Shown here in pieces: positions 38,365 to 47,397 of a stretch of 64,000 nt of DNA (positions are counted from its first letter, which is position 1; the number at the start of each line of letters is the position of its first letter). Under the pieces are notes generated by a model, which did no database searches, was not told the DNA's origin, and saw only the letters and a program-made list of their open reading frames with translations. The stretch is taken from the IMG/VR virus record IMGVR_UViG_3300030419_008158, positions 124,001 through 188,000 of that record. One strand, written 5' to 3'. Made by a program: the position numbers and the translations under genes.

Positions 38365-38703
38365 TTATCCCACCTTTATTGCCAAAACATCTACGTAGCC
38401 TGTGAAAGGTGCACTAGCGTATATTGTGACTGAAGTCGTCTTAATGTCTCCGGTTTTCAAGTACAGGTTGACGTTTGCACTTTCTTCTCCATCTTGTCGA
38501 GCAATTGCTTGCACTGCATAATTGGCAGGAAGCTGATATTCGAACTCAAGCGTTCCTGAATCTGTGTTGTCAAAATATATAGAACCTACTTCTATTGATA
38601 GATCCTGATCTCCTGAGAACGTCAAACGCTTGGGTGCTCGAATAAGTGGATACCTTTTAGAGTATCGATTTCTATCAATCAGTCTAGAACGCAGTTTTGC
38701 CAT
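38365..38703 (-). CDS. Hypothetical protein (probable virion-associated)
   Basis: GAGG SD; beta-rich C-terminal half; preceded by the GATATTTA motif. Confidence 0.65.
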   Translation of the reverse strand: MAKLRSRLIDRNRYSKRYPLIRAPKRLTFSGDQDLSIEVGSIYFDNTDSGTLEFEYQLPANYAVQAIARQDGEESANVNLYLKTGDIKTTSVTIYASAPFTGYVDVLAIKVG

Positions 38704-38719
38704 TGCACACCTCTGCGAC

Positions 38720-38727
38720 TAAATATC
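38720..38727 (-). promoter_or_regulatory. GATANTTA putative late-promoter motif
   Basis: GATATTTA 16 nt upstream of ATG 38703; same motif precedes several other genes. Confidence 0.5.
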
Positions 38728-38742
38728 TTGATGTAAGATTTT

Positions 38743-40044
38743 CTAGAGCAAATGAGATGCCTCTGATGCTATTGTTGATCTTATTCCAACGGGCAAGTTT
38801 ACGTGGCTTGTGTGGAGAGAGTCTCTTAGTTTTTTTGTAACCAGCGAAAGTCCGTTTGTATTTTTGTTGATGTATGGAGTGTCAATTTGATCTGTGTCAC
38901 CCATAAGAATAATTTTTGAACCTTCTCCAACTCTTGTGATAACTGTCTTGAGCTCATGAATTGTAGCATTCTGAGCTTCGTCCAAGATAATGTAGGAATT
39001 AGTAAAAGTTCTGCCCCGAATAAAACTCATGGGGGCAATTTCTATCAACCCATTGACTCTCATGAGATCCCAAGCTGATTTGTCTTTAAAATGATTTCGA
39101 AGATTGTCAATAACTGGCGCCATCCATGGAGTCATCTTTTCTGTCATGTCACCGGGTAAATAGCCTATCTCTCTTCCCACAGGTTGTAGATTTCTGGTTA
39201 TTACAATTCTTTCATATCGATTCTGCTGAACTTCTGAAATTCCCGCAATTAAACTTAAAAATGTCTTTCCGGAGCCCGCTAAGCCTGTCATAGTAAAAAG
39301 CGGGATTTTAGGATTTTGCAGAGCCCACATGGCAAATTTTTGTTCTTTATTTTTTGCCATGACAGGCAAAGGAGATCCACCCAACCTAATGTCATTATCA
39401 GGAACAAGAATCATTTTTCTTTCAAAAGCATCATAAACACAAAGTGCAGACTGCCCCGAAGGACTTTTCATGACGACAAAAGAATTAGGACTAAGATCGC
39501 TGTCGTAGGGAATTTGTTTTTCTTTGTACAGGGCATCTATCATTCCGTCTTCTGGTTGAACTTCAACAATACCAGACCAGTTGTCTTCAGGAAGATCGAT
39601 GTAGTCAGTATAATAATCTTCTGATGATAATCCTACTGCATCGCACTTCACCCTAAGATTGATATCTTTAGAAACAACTACGATTGATTTCTGTGGGCTC
39701 TCTGATTTCATCTGAAGGCCTTCTAGTAAAATCTTATTGTCACTATCATTGGGATTCAAAGGAAAGCTCTGTGGTATCTCTGGATGTACGAGACGAATCG
39801 ACAGCGTGCTATCGTCTCCCATAGGTACACCCTTATGAAGTGGGCCTGCAGACCTAAGATCATCTAACAATCGATTTGCGTATCTTGCGTTTTCTCCTAA
39901 TGATCCTTGCTTTTCCTTGAATCGATCCAGCTCATCTAGGACAACTAGAGGAATAACAACATCACATCCGGAAAAATTTTCGATAGCATTTTTATCGTAT
40001 AAGATCGCGCTAGTATCTAGAATTACAGTTTTTCTTTTTGACAT
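38743..40044 (-). CDS. phoH: PIN-domain PhoH-like ATPase (PhoH2/YlaK type)
   Basis: VILDTSAILYD, ELDRFK, VSKDINLRVK; GLAGSGKT Walker A, RGRTF, ILDEAQN, GDTDQID. Confidence 0.92.
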   Translation of the reverse strand: MSKRKTVILDTSAILYDKNAIENFSGCDVVIPLVVLDELDRFKEKQGSLGENARYANRLLDDLRSAGPLHKGVPMGDDSTLSIRLVHPEIPQSFPLNPNDSDNKILLEGLQMKSESPQKSIVVVSKDINLRVKCDAVGLSSEDYYTDYIDLPEDNWSGIVEVQPEDGMIDALYKEKQIPYDSDLSPNSFVVMKSPSGQSALCVYDAFERKMILVPDNDIRLGGSPLPVMAKNKEQKFAMWALQNPKIPLFTMTGLAGSGKTFLSLIAGISEVQQNRYERIVITRNLQPVGREIGYLPGDMTEKMTPWMAPVIDNLRNHFKDKSAWDLMRVNGLIEIAPMSFIRGRTFTNSYIILDEAQNATIHELKTVITRVGEGSKIILMGDTDQIDTPYINKNTNGLSLVTKKLRDSLHTSHVNLPVGIRSTIASEASHLL

Positions 40045-40086
40045 TGAAAATTTTTCTCCCGTATGTTACATTTTCCATCATAAGTA

Positions 40087-40284
40087 ATGAGTTCCGCTAT
40101 GAAAAAAAATGATTTTGATCAAAACAGTGAAAAAGATAAGTCTCCAATAAAGAAAAAAATGAGAGAAGCATCTCTTCAAGAGATTGGAGAAAAACTAGGT
40201 CTTACAAGAATGAGAATATGTCAACTCGAAAAAATAATACTAAGAAAGATTCGAGAAAGCAAAGATTTAGATGAATTTAAATAA
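40087..40284 (+). CDS. Stand-alone sigma70 region-4-like HTH mini-protein
   Basis: SLQEIGEKLGLTRMRICQLEKIILRKIR matches sigma region 4.2 (TLEEVG..F.VTRERIRQIE.KALRKLR). Confidence 0.6.
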   Translation: MSSAMKKNDFDQNSEKDKSPIKKKMREASLQEIGEKLGLTRMRICQLEKIILRKIRESKDLDEFK

Positions 40285-40311
40285 AAAAAGGCGGTGGATA
40301 AATCCACCGCC
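40283..40311 (-). terminator. Rho-independent terminator
   Basis: GGCGGTGGA-loop-TCCACCGCC stem (40290-40311) followed on the minus strand by 7 T; lies between convergent genes. Confidence 0.85.
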
Positions 40312-40341
40312 CAAAAACCATTTTACTTATGTTTTTAGAGT

Positions 40342-40545
40342 TTAGCTTTTTCTAGCCTTTTCTTCCGAAATGGTCAGTTTGACAAGATCAGCTGATCTTC
40401 CCTTGAGAAGCCTTAGGGCTCTACGTGCTCTTACTCCTGCAGCAGAATTTCCTTTTGCATTCTTGACGACATCTGTCTCTGCTGCATCAACTAGAGCCTT
40501 TACTTCGGCCCATGCCTCCAAGATTGTGCTATTTCCATTACTCAT
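40342..40545 (-). CDS. Histone H1-like nucleoid protein (Hc1-like)
   Basis: KGNSAAGVRARRAL matches the GNKAAGxRARK hallmark; AGGAG SD. Confidence 0.7.
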   Translation of the reverse strand: MSNGNSTILEAWAEVKALVDAAETDVVKNAKGNSAAGVRARRALRLLKGRSADLVKLTISEEKARKS

Positions 40546-40553
40546 AATTACTC

Positions 40554-40826
40554 CTAGGTGTAAATCTTAACATTTGGATTTTTTTCCATAGCATCAGCGC
40601 CAGATTCGATTTTATCGTTCTCATCGAAAAAAGCATTGATTTTGTTCATGATCTGAACGTTTTCTAATTCTAGTGAAAGAAGCTTGATTATGTAAACAAT
40701 TTGTGACTGGGATACACCAAAATCCATAATTTCTCTTACAATTTCTCTTGCTTTCATTCTGCTTAGAACATCGTCCCGCTCATCTTTTGATAAATTTTTA
40801 ACTTTTTCTTTTCCATTCTCACTCAT
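40554..40826 (-). CDS. Hypothetical protein
   Basis: In-operon spacing; 4-nt overlap with the upstream gene. Confidence 0.65.
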   Translation of the reverse strand: MSENGKEKVKNLSKDERDDVLSRMKAREIVREIMDFGVSQSQIVYIIKLLSLELENVQIMNKINAFFDENDKIESGADAMEKNPNVKIYT

Positions 40827-41287
40827 GAAATTACCTCTTGCCGACTAAATGATTCGACGCGAAATCTATCGGGACCCAAAAATCTCAATATTTTTCCAGT
40901 AGTTTTTTCGCCCTCGATCTCTGTGTCTAGCGTGAGAACATATTCCCATTTTTTATTTTCCAGAATAAATCTCGCCATTTGATAGTCACAAAGATCTAAA
41001 CTATAGCTTTCCAAGAGTTCAACTATTTGCCCGGGAAGAGAAATAGCAACATCTTTTATTTTTTCAACTGTTACTGACTCTTCTTTGCCCACGATAATTT
41101 CAGACTTGCAAATGTCATAAACTTTATGAACTGTTCCACAATTATTACACTGTGCATGATTAGGAAGCACTGTATCAGATGCGTCAAGCTCGCTAAAGAC
41201 TACAAACTTATGGTAAACGGGATCTTTTCTATCTCTGTATTGAGGAAGAATACAGTGACACTCAACAATATGTTTCGTCCCATTCAT
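40823..41287 (-). CDS. Hypothetical protein with possible Zn-binding site
   Basis: ECHC and CNNC...H motifs. Confidence 0.65.
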   Translation of the reverse strand: MNGTKHIVECHCILPQYRDRKDPVYHKFVVFSELDASDTVLPNHAQCNNCGTVHKVYDICKSEIIVGKEESVTVEKIKDVAISLPGQIVELLESYSLDLCDYQMARFILENKKWEYVLTLDTEIEGEKTTGKILRFLGPDRFRVESFSRQEVIS

Positions 41288-41493
41288 TTTGAAAAAAGAT
41301 TGCTAATAGCTCCAACTGTTCCGTTTGTGCTGGATACTTGCGCTGCTTCAACTTTACCAAAAAGATCCTTAAGTACTTCCTGGTCCAATTGTGATCCTGC
41401 AGCTTCAAGTATCAAATTTTTTACTTGATTTGACAGAACTTCGTTTCTTTCAATAACTAGTCGACAGACATCTCTTTCTTTTGCAGAAGACAT
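41284..41493 (-). CDS. Hypothetical protein (69 aa)
   Basis: Start moved to ATG 41493 behind a strong AAGGAGG SD. Confidence 0.65.
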   Translation of the reverse strand: MSSAKERDVCRLVIERNEVLSNQVKNLILEAAGSQLDQEVLKDLFGKVEAAQVSSTNGTVGAISNLFSK

Positions 41494-41506
41494 TTTTTCC
41501 TCCTTA

Positions 41507-42655
41507 TCATTCGTATGTGACAATTGACCCAATGTTTTGTAAAATATTTTCGATACTCTCAGAGCATCTAACAGCTGCTTTATACGTTGAAATAGGCACA
41601 TAAAAATTGAAATTATTATACTTTAATTTCATAACTCCCGACCTAGATGTAAAACGAGCCAGTGCCAAAAGAGTCTTGACTCTATCAATTGTAACTCCTT
41701 TGAGATAACTTAGGTCGGCTCCAAACTCTACGCTGATCTTTCTATCTTTTGCAGAAGATGCACTTTTAATAAGAATGCTCGACATTTCCATGGAAATTTC
41801 TATTTCGTCTGCTAGTCTTAGATTTGTTAGTTCACTGCCGATATCAGCACTAGCACATACAACACCAGCATTTTCAAAAAATAAAAAATTGGAAATACAC
41901 CATTCGTCAACAACAAATGGAATGCACATAAGTTTGTCGGGGTAATTAGTTGCTAACGTGTTGATCACATCCGGAAGAAATCCCTTCGCAGCAATTACAA
42001 CTGTTTGTCCTTTAGAATGATCTAAAATATTATGAATCTGTGACACTTTTTCTACGAATCCATCGACAGCAAATACAAATGCTTTTCCTGAAAAAGAAAA
42101 GTCACTTTCAAGTTTAGAAGAAAACCCCGGGGCAATATTGCCTTTCTGTGTAATACCTTCAATACATTTTATTTTAGTGCCGAATGAGTTTGCTTCCAAA
42201 AGATTGACTTCACACCCGCAGCCGCCCATATAAAATACTTCTTTTGCTATTTTACTGGATAGTCCGGAACCGCCCCAAGAGCTCACAACATTAATTACAT
42301 CATTTTCGTAGACTTTTCTTTCTTCTGTAATTTTTTCAACTTCACCAACAAGCATCATGCAGGAAAGCAACGCAGAACCTCCCTGCTTAGCTTCTGATGA
42401 AAAGAAAGAACTAAGCATGATGTTTCGTATGGATTTATCTAGAGAGTTGTTTCTAGACCACTCTGATAATATCCTAGGAAATTCTAAGGGCGTGCATGTA
42501 GACACTCTATCACCCAGCATTATGGTTCCGTTTCCAGAAATGCATTGGGATAAAAAATCTGACAGTTCTTTCTTTGCTTTTTTTATGGATGAGCTAACAT
42601 CACGTGAAAAATGAATAGATGAACTAGTGTATTTCTTTTGAGAAGGCTGATACAT
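41507..42655 (-). CDS. Degenerate, shortened GroEL/Cpn60-like protein
   Basis: Collinear similarity by eye to GroEL equatorial, intermediate and apical segments (see findings); the GDGTTT ATP motif is replaced by GGSALL. Confidence 0.65.
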   Translation of the reverse strand: [382 protein letters not shown]

Positions 42656-42881
42656 CGAAGTGATTGGGTGCCTCGACTAACTTATTTATGAAAGTACATG
42701 CAGAATCATAAAGTGCTTCTTTTTTGGACATTCTATTCAATTCAACCGCGTATCTAACGATGCCGCTTATAGTGCCTAGAGAAAGCAAAACTATGGAAAG
42801 TGTAACACTTTGAGAAAAAGAAAGTGCTCCACATGCAATTAGAGTTTCTGAAACAAACCCTTTCATTAGCTGTCTCTCCAT
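42624..42881 (-). CDS. Small membrane protein
   Basis: Two hydrophobic stretches in the N-terminal half. Confidence 0.55.
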   Translation of the reverse strand: MERQLMKGFVSETLIACGALSFSQSVTLSIVLLSLGTISGIVRYAVELNRMSKKEALYDSACTFINKLVEAPNHFDVSAFSKEIH

Positions 42882-44797
42882 AAGTTGTTGCTGGCATACG
42901 TAAGAATTTCTTCTGCAGAATCTTCGTTGTATCCATATTGTTCTATCATAACTTTCACCATTTCGTTATATTTCTTCTGTTGATCTTTGTCTCTAGTTTT
43001 GGACTTGGTAACAATTCTAGAAATATCTCGTACAGAGTTAATCAAGTATGACTCAATCGCTTCCTTGAGCGGTTCGTAAGATCTAAAGTCTACTTTTTCT
43101 CCTCTTCTCATTTTGGCGAACATATAAGCAGTGACATCCGACCTAAAGCCATCCCTAGAAGATCCTGTAACTCCAATTTGCTCTTCTATTGAAGCCATAA
43201 ATCGATCATCAGGCTTTCGAGTCTCTTTTGTGACTCTATCTTTCATCTTTTGTTTTGTTGTGTAGGCTTCTGCGTTGTCAAGATAGGTGTCAAAGAGTGA
43301 CTGTGCCTGTTCTTCGTAGGCGGAAATAAATGCTTTTGCAATTTCTGAATCCAGCATTTTCAAATACTCTTCCCGAAGAACTTTTCCAATAAGCTCGAGA
43401 CATTTTTGCTTGAATTCTTCGTCGGAAATTTGTTCTTTAACAGAATTTGTCAAGGATTCCATTAGTGATACCGGCGTAATCATATTTTTATCACTTTTGG
43501 CCAGTGCACCGTCCAAAGCCTTGGTTATAAATCTAGTCGATATGCCGCTCATCCCTTCTCTTCGAGCTTCTTCCTTTAGATCTTTGATGTCAATTTTTTT
43601 AACTCTGCCTTTTTCTACAACTTCTTCTCCATTGTAGATCTTCATTTTAGTGACTAGATCACACTTAGCAGACTGTTTAAGTCTAGACATGATGCTAAAC
43701 ATTGAAGCAATTCGCAGCGTGTGGGGCGCAATGTGTGCATCAAAATCTGATTGGCCTAGCATTTTTTCGTAAATTTTAATTTCTTGATCTAGTTCTAGGC
43801 AATAAGGTACATCTACTTTTACAACTCTGTCTAAAATTGCTTCGTTTGTGTGTTCACTTTGGAACCTATTCCACTCTGCTTCATTGCAATGAGCTAAAAT
43901 TACACCATCGAAGTGAAGCATATCACTTTTTCCGGGCGAAGGAATTCTTTTTTCTTGAGTCGCTGTAATAATTGTATGAAGAAATTCTATTTCATTTTTG
44001 AAAACTTCTACTAGCTCAACAATACCCCTGTTACCGACATTGAATGCACCGTTTAGAGAAAGAGCACGAGGGTCATCTTCTGCATATTTGTCAAGTTTTG
44101 ATATATCAACTGATCCTATCAAAACAGAAGTATCTTGACTGTTGGCATCCATGGGAGGGACAGAGGCTACGCCACGACGACCGCGCTGGGAAAATGTCGT
44201 CTCTTCAACCTCAAAATCCTCATATTTTCCATCCAACTGCTGAAGAAGGAGGTGGCGTGCAATAGGACTAATATCGCCATGGATTCTCACCCCTAGCTCT
44301 TTTTCAAACGTATCTCTTAGTGCTCTTGGAACCAGCTGTAATGGCTCTCCTCGATGAGGATCACCTTTCAAGTGGTAATATTTGTGTCCTTCTAGTGCAC
44401 TTTTTATATGCTCAGTAAGCGCAGATTTACCAGCCCCGACAGGCCCCATAAGAAGTAAAACTTGTCTACTTTCTTCTCCGTTGTGAGCCGAGCTGTGCAT
44501 AAAGCTCATGAGTTTTTCTAGCACTAATTCCATGCCAAAAAAATGCTCTTCAAAGTACTTGTAAACTTTGACTGAATTATTGTCAAAGATTCTACTTTTT
44601 CGCGGGTTGCTATCTGGCATTTTTTCAACACCGTACTCAATAATAGCATCGTAAAGTCGTCTATGTGCAGACTTTACAACACTAGGATCTTTGGCAACTT
44701 TTTCCAAGTAATCGCTAAAAGTACCTTCAAACTTTTTCTTTTTGGAACCTTCTTCTCTCTGTTCCTTTATTGCATCTAATAGTGTGTTTACAGACAT
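42866..44797 (-). CDS. prkA: PrkA/YeaG-family AAA+ protein
   Basis: FFGM, GPVGAGKS Walker A, NVGNRGIVELVEVFKN, AHCNEAEW, AILDR, APHTL. Start moved to 44797 (GGAG SD). Confidence 0.93.
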   Translation of the reverse strand: MSVNTLLDAIKEQREEGSKKKKFEGTFSDYLEKVAKDPSVVKSAHRRLYDAIIEYGVEKMPDSNPRKSRIFDNNSVKVYKYFEEHFFGMELVLEKLMSFMHSSAHNGEESRQVLLLMGPVGAGKSALTEHIKSALEGHKYYHLKGDPHRGEPLQLVPRALRDTFEKELGVRIHGDISPIARHLLLQQLDGKYEDFEVEETTFSQRGRRGVASVPPMDANSQDTSVLIGSVDISKLDKYAEDDPRALSLNGAFNVGNRGIVELVEVFKNEIEFLHTIITATQEKRIPSPGKSDMLHFDGVILAHCNEAEWNRFQSEHTNEAILDRVVKVDVPYCLELDQEIKIYEKMLGQSDFDAHIAPHTLRIASMFSIMSRLKQSAKCDLVTKMKIYNGEEVVEKGRVKKIDIKDLKEEARREGMSGISTRFITKALDGALAKSDKNMITPVSLMESLTNSVKEQISDEEFKQKCLELIGKVLREEYLKMLDSEIAKAFISAYEEQAQSLFDTYLDNAEAYTTKQKMKDRVTKETRKPDDRFMASIEEQIGVTGSSRDGFRSDVTAYMFAKMRRGEKVDFRSYEPLKEAIESYLINSVRDISRIVTKSKTRDKDQQKKYNEMVKVMIEQYGYNEDSAEEILTYASNNLWRDS

Positions 44798-44850
44798 ATT
44801 ACAAATCTCCAGCGCCATGGCATCTTATAAAACATAGGAAGACGATAAAA

Positions 44851-46152
44851 TCAAATCTCCCATGGCTCTCCCTCTATTATAGTATTTAAGACTACATTTT
44901 TACCCCATAAACATTTTGAATGTTCGACAGTATGATCTGCGTAGTCTAAATCAAGATCTCTTCCGTCGTGCTCATGCCGAAGCATAAGCGTACCATCCAT
45001 ATCGATATCATCTACTTTAATGACAGGAAGACGAGAATCAGCAATAGAGTCACACATGTGTGCTTTAACTTTTTTCCACCCATCATCATCTGAAATTTCA
45101 TCAATTGTAAATGCGTCTTTTTTTTCACTCCAGCTAAACAGATTTAGCTCATTGCAAAGCTCTTCGGTCAAATACTGTCTAACAAAACTAATGTCATTTC
45201 CTGACTCTCTTGCGACAAAGCATTCTTCTAGGCCGTGCTTTTCTTTGATGTCTTGAAAAATTACAAACCCCAAATGATACGGATTTAACCTTCCAATATG
45301 AGGCCTAATAACAGCATTGTGCATTCGCAAAAATGGAATATGATACTTGTCTGGTAAATTCAAATCGTGACATATTGTATAGTGCCAAAAAGAAGCCCAC
45401 CCCTCGTTCATTATTTTAGTTTGTATTTGTGGCATAAAATAATAAGCTTCATCTCTAACAATCTCTATTACATCACGTTTCCAGTCGGGCATTCTTGCAT
45501 GTTCTGAAATAAATCCCATAATATCACAGTCCGGCTCAAGAGGTGGACTGTCTAAGTCTAATAGAATTAAATTCCCTTCTTTGTCATGCTCTCTTAGCCC
45601 TTTATAATATTCGACCAATTCTTTGTGTGTTTTTCGCTCCGATCCGTCTCTATAGATCTGATACTGGAGAGCGTGACATGCATCAATTATTTCTTCGACT
45701 TTTTCTATTCCAATATAGGGATCTTCGACGTACTCTTGAATTCTTTTTTTAGCCTGTCTAAATCTACCGATCACAGAATCTGCTCTTGTATTTTTAAACA
45801 TTCGATTGTTTTTGAAAAAATCAGAGTGTCCGACACAATGAGCCATGATAAGAATTTGCAAGTAAAGAGGGTTTTCTCGCATAAGATATGCGATAGAAGG
45901 GTTGGAATTGATAATAAGCTCGTATGGAAGGCCTTCGGCACCCAAGTTATACATTTGATGTGTTCTTTCAAAAGACTTTCCGTAAGACCAATGATCGTAA
46001 TGTGTGGGCATGCCGTGATAAGACATATGACCAATCATTGAGTAATAGTCACAAACTTCATAGCTTATTGGGTACCAATCCAGCCCATACCCATTTGCGA
46101 TTTCAATAATTTTGTCATCCCATTCTTTCAAATCATCTACAGACCAGCTCAT
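44851..46152 (-). CDS. spoVR: SpoVR/YcgB-family protein
   Basis: GMPTHYDHWSYGK, YELIINSNP, AHCVGHSDFFKNN, TKIMNEGWASFWH, NPYHLG, LRHEHDGRDL. Confidence 0.93.
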   Translation of the reverse strand: MSWSVDDLKEWDDKIIEIANGYGLDWYPISYEVCDYYSMIGHMSYHGMPTHYDHWSYGKSFERTHQMYNLGAEGLPYELIINSNPSIAYLMRENPLYLQILIMAHCVGHSDFFKNNRMFKNTRADSVIGRFRQAKKRIQEYVEDPYIGIEKVEEIIDACHALQYQIYRDGSERKTHKELVEYYKGLREHDKEGNLILLDLDSPPLEPDCDIMGFISEHARMPDWKRDVIEIVRDEAYYFMPQIQTKIMNEGWASFWHYTICHDLNLPDKYHIPFLRMHNAVIRPHIGRLNPYHLGFVIFQDIKEKHGLEECFVARESGNDISFVRQYLTEELCNELNLFSWSEKKDAFTIDEISDDDGWKKVKAHMCDSIADSRLPVIKVDDIDMDGTLMLRHEHDGRDLDLDYADHTVEHSKCLWGKNVVLNTIIEGEPWEI

Positions 46153-47321
46153 TTTTCTTCTCCGTAGTTTCCAAACATTATCTTAAATGACTTCCATACA
46201 TCTTCTTTTTCTTTAATAGAGGTACATTTCATTGACCTTCCGACCAATTGTTTTAGGTGATTTGAAATTTTTTGTTCCTGAAACCATTCGGGTTCTGCTC
46301 CCGGTGTTATTTCACAGTAACCAAATAGTTGACAAATATCTCTAAGTTTCGTTGCAGCAGACAACATATCTTCCGTATCATGACCAAAGTTGTCCCCATC
46401 TGATGCATGGAACGCGTAGACATTCCAAGCAGACGGATGGTATCTTTGATTAATCACATCAAGTGCTTCATTGTAAGCAGTAGAGACTATAGTTCCTCCG
46501 GAGGATCCTCTTGTAAAAAATTGTTCTTCACTTACTTCTCGTGCTTCCATGTCGTGTGAAATAAAGACTATTTCTGTTTGATCGTATTTTGATCGAATAA
46601 ACTGATATAAAAGAAAAAAGAAGCTTCTTGCAAGAAATTTTTTCGGTTTGCCCATAGAGCCTGAAACATCCATCATCATCACAATGACAGCATTTGTATT
46701 TTCTTTCATTTTGGGCTTATAGTGTCGATATGTCAGATCATCGTTGTGAAAACTACCTTCTAGCTCTTCTATTTCTTCTCCGCCCTCTCTTTGTTTTGCC
46801 TTGAGTCTTTTTATTCGATTGATAGCTGATTTTTTCTTGTCTAGGCGTGGAATAATTCCTTGAGGTCTATAGCCAGTTCTTTTTAGTTTTTCTGATTTGC
46901 TTTGAGTAAAAGCTTTGCGCTCCATGTCAGGAAGCTCTAATTCATCAAAAAGATATTTTGCTAATTCGTCGAGTGATATTTCAACCTCGTAAAACTCATC
47001 GCCTCTTTTGTCACCGGCTTTTTGGGGCTTACCGTCTTTTGATTTATTTTTTTCTCTTATAATCTGGTCTCTTGCAAGATCTTTTCCAGGTGCTGATCCT
47101 ACATTTTTATTAGCCTCGCCACTACCGTAGACAAAACGATATTCCTTTATCCCTCTAACGGGTATTCGAAACTTCTTTTTTCCGTCTTGACCAATAATAG
47201 ATTCATCGGCAACAATATCATGAATTCCTTCACGAATTGCCTTTTCGATCTTGTGTTTGTGTCGTCGACGATCAGAAGCAGATCGATCTGCTGTAGTCTT
47301 ATGGTGAGAAAATCCTGACAT
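46149..47321 (-). CDS. yeaH: YeaH/YhbH (DUF444, vWA-like) protein
   Basis: DRRRH...IRE, IPVRGIKEYRF, MMDVSGSM, FISHD, GGTIVS, WNVYAFHASDGDN. Confidence 0.9.
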   Translation of the reverse strand: MSGFSHHKTTADRSASDRRRHKHKIEKAIREGIHDIVADESIIGQDGKKKFRIPVRGIKEYRFVYGSGEANKNVGSAPGKDLARDQIIREKNKSKDGKPQKAGDKRGDEFYEVEISLDELAKYLFDELELPDMERKAFTQSKSEKLKRTGYRPQGIIPRLDKKKSAINRIKRLKAKQREGGEEIEELEGSFHNDDLTYRHYKPKMKENTNAVIVMMMDVSGSMGKPKKFLARSFFFLLYQFIRSKYDQTEIVFISHDMEAREVSEEQFFTRGSSGGTIVSTAYNEALDVINQRYHPSAWNVYAFHASDGDNFGHDTEDMLSAATKLRDICQLFGYCEITPGAEPEWFQEQKISNHLKQLVGRSMKCTSIKEKEDVWKSFKIMFGNYGEEK

Positions 47322-47337
47322 TATCTTCCTGTGATTA

Positions 47338-47345
47338 TAACTATC
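47338..47345 (-). promoter_or_regulatory. GATANTTA putative promoter motif
   Basis: GATAGTTA 16 nt upstream of the yeaH ATG at 47321. Confidence 0.4.
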
Positions 47346-47397
47346 CTAGGAAGATTGTATGTCATATCCAGGAAAAAGAAACATAATATAAATGCCT

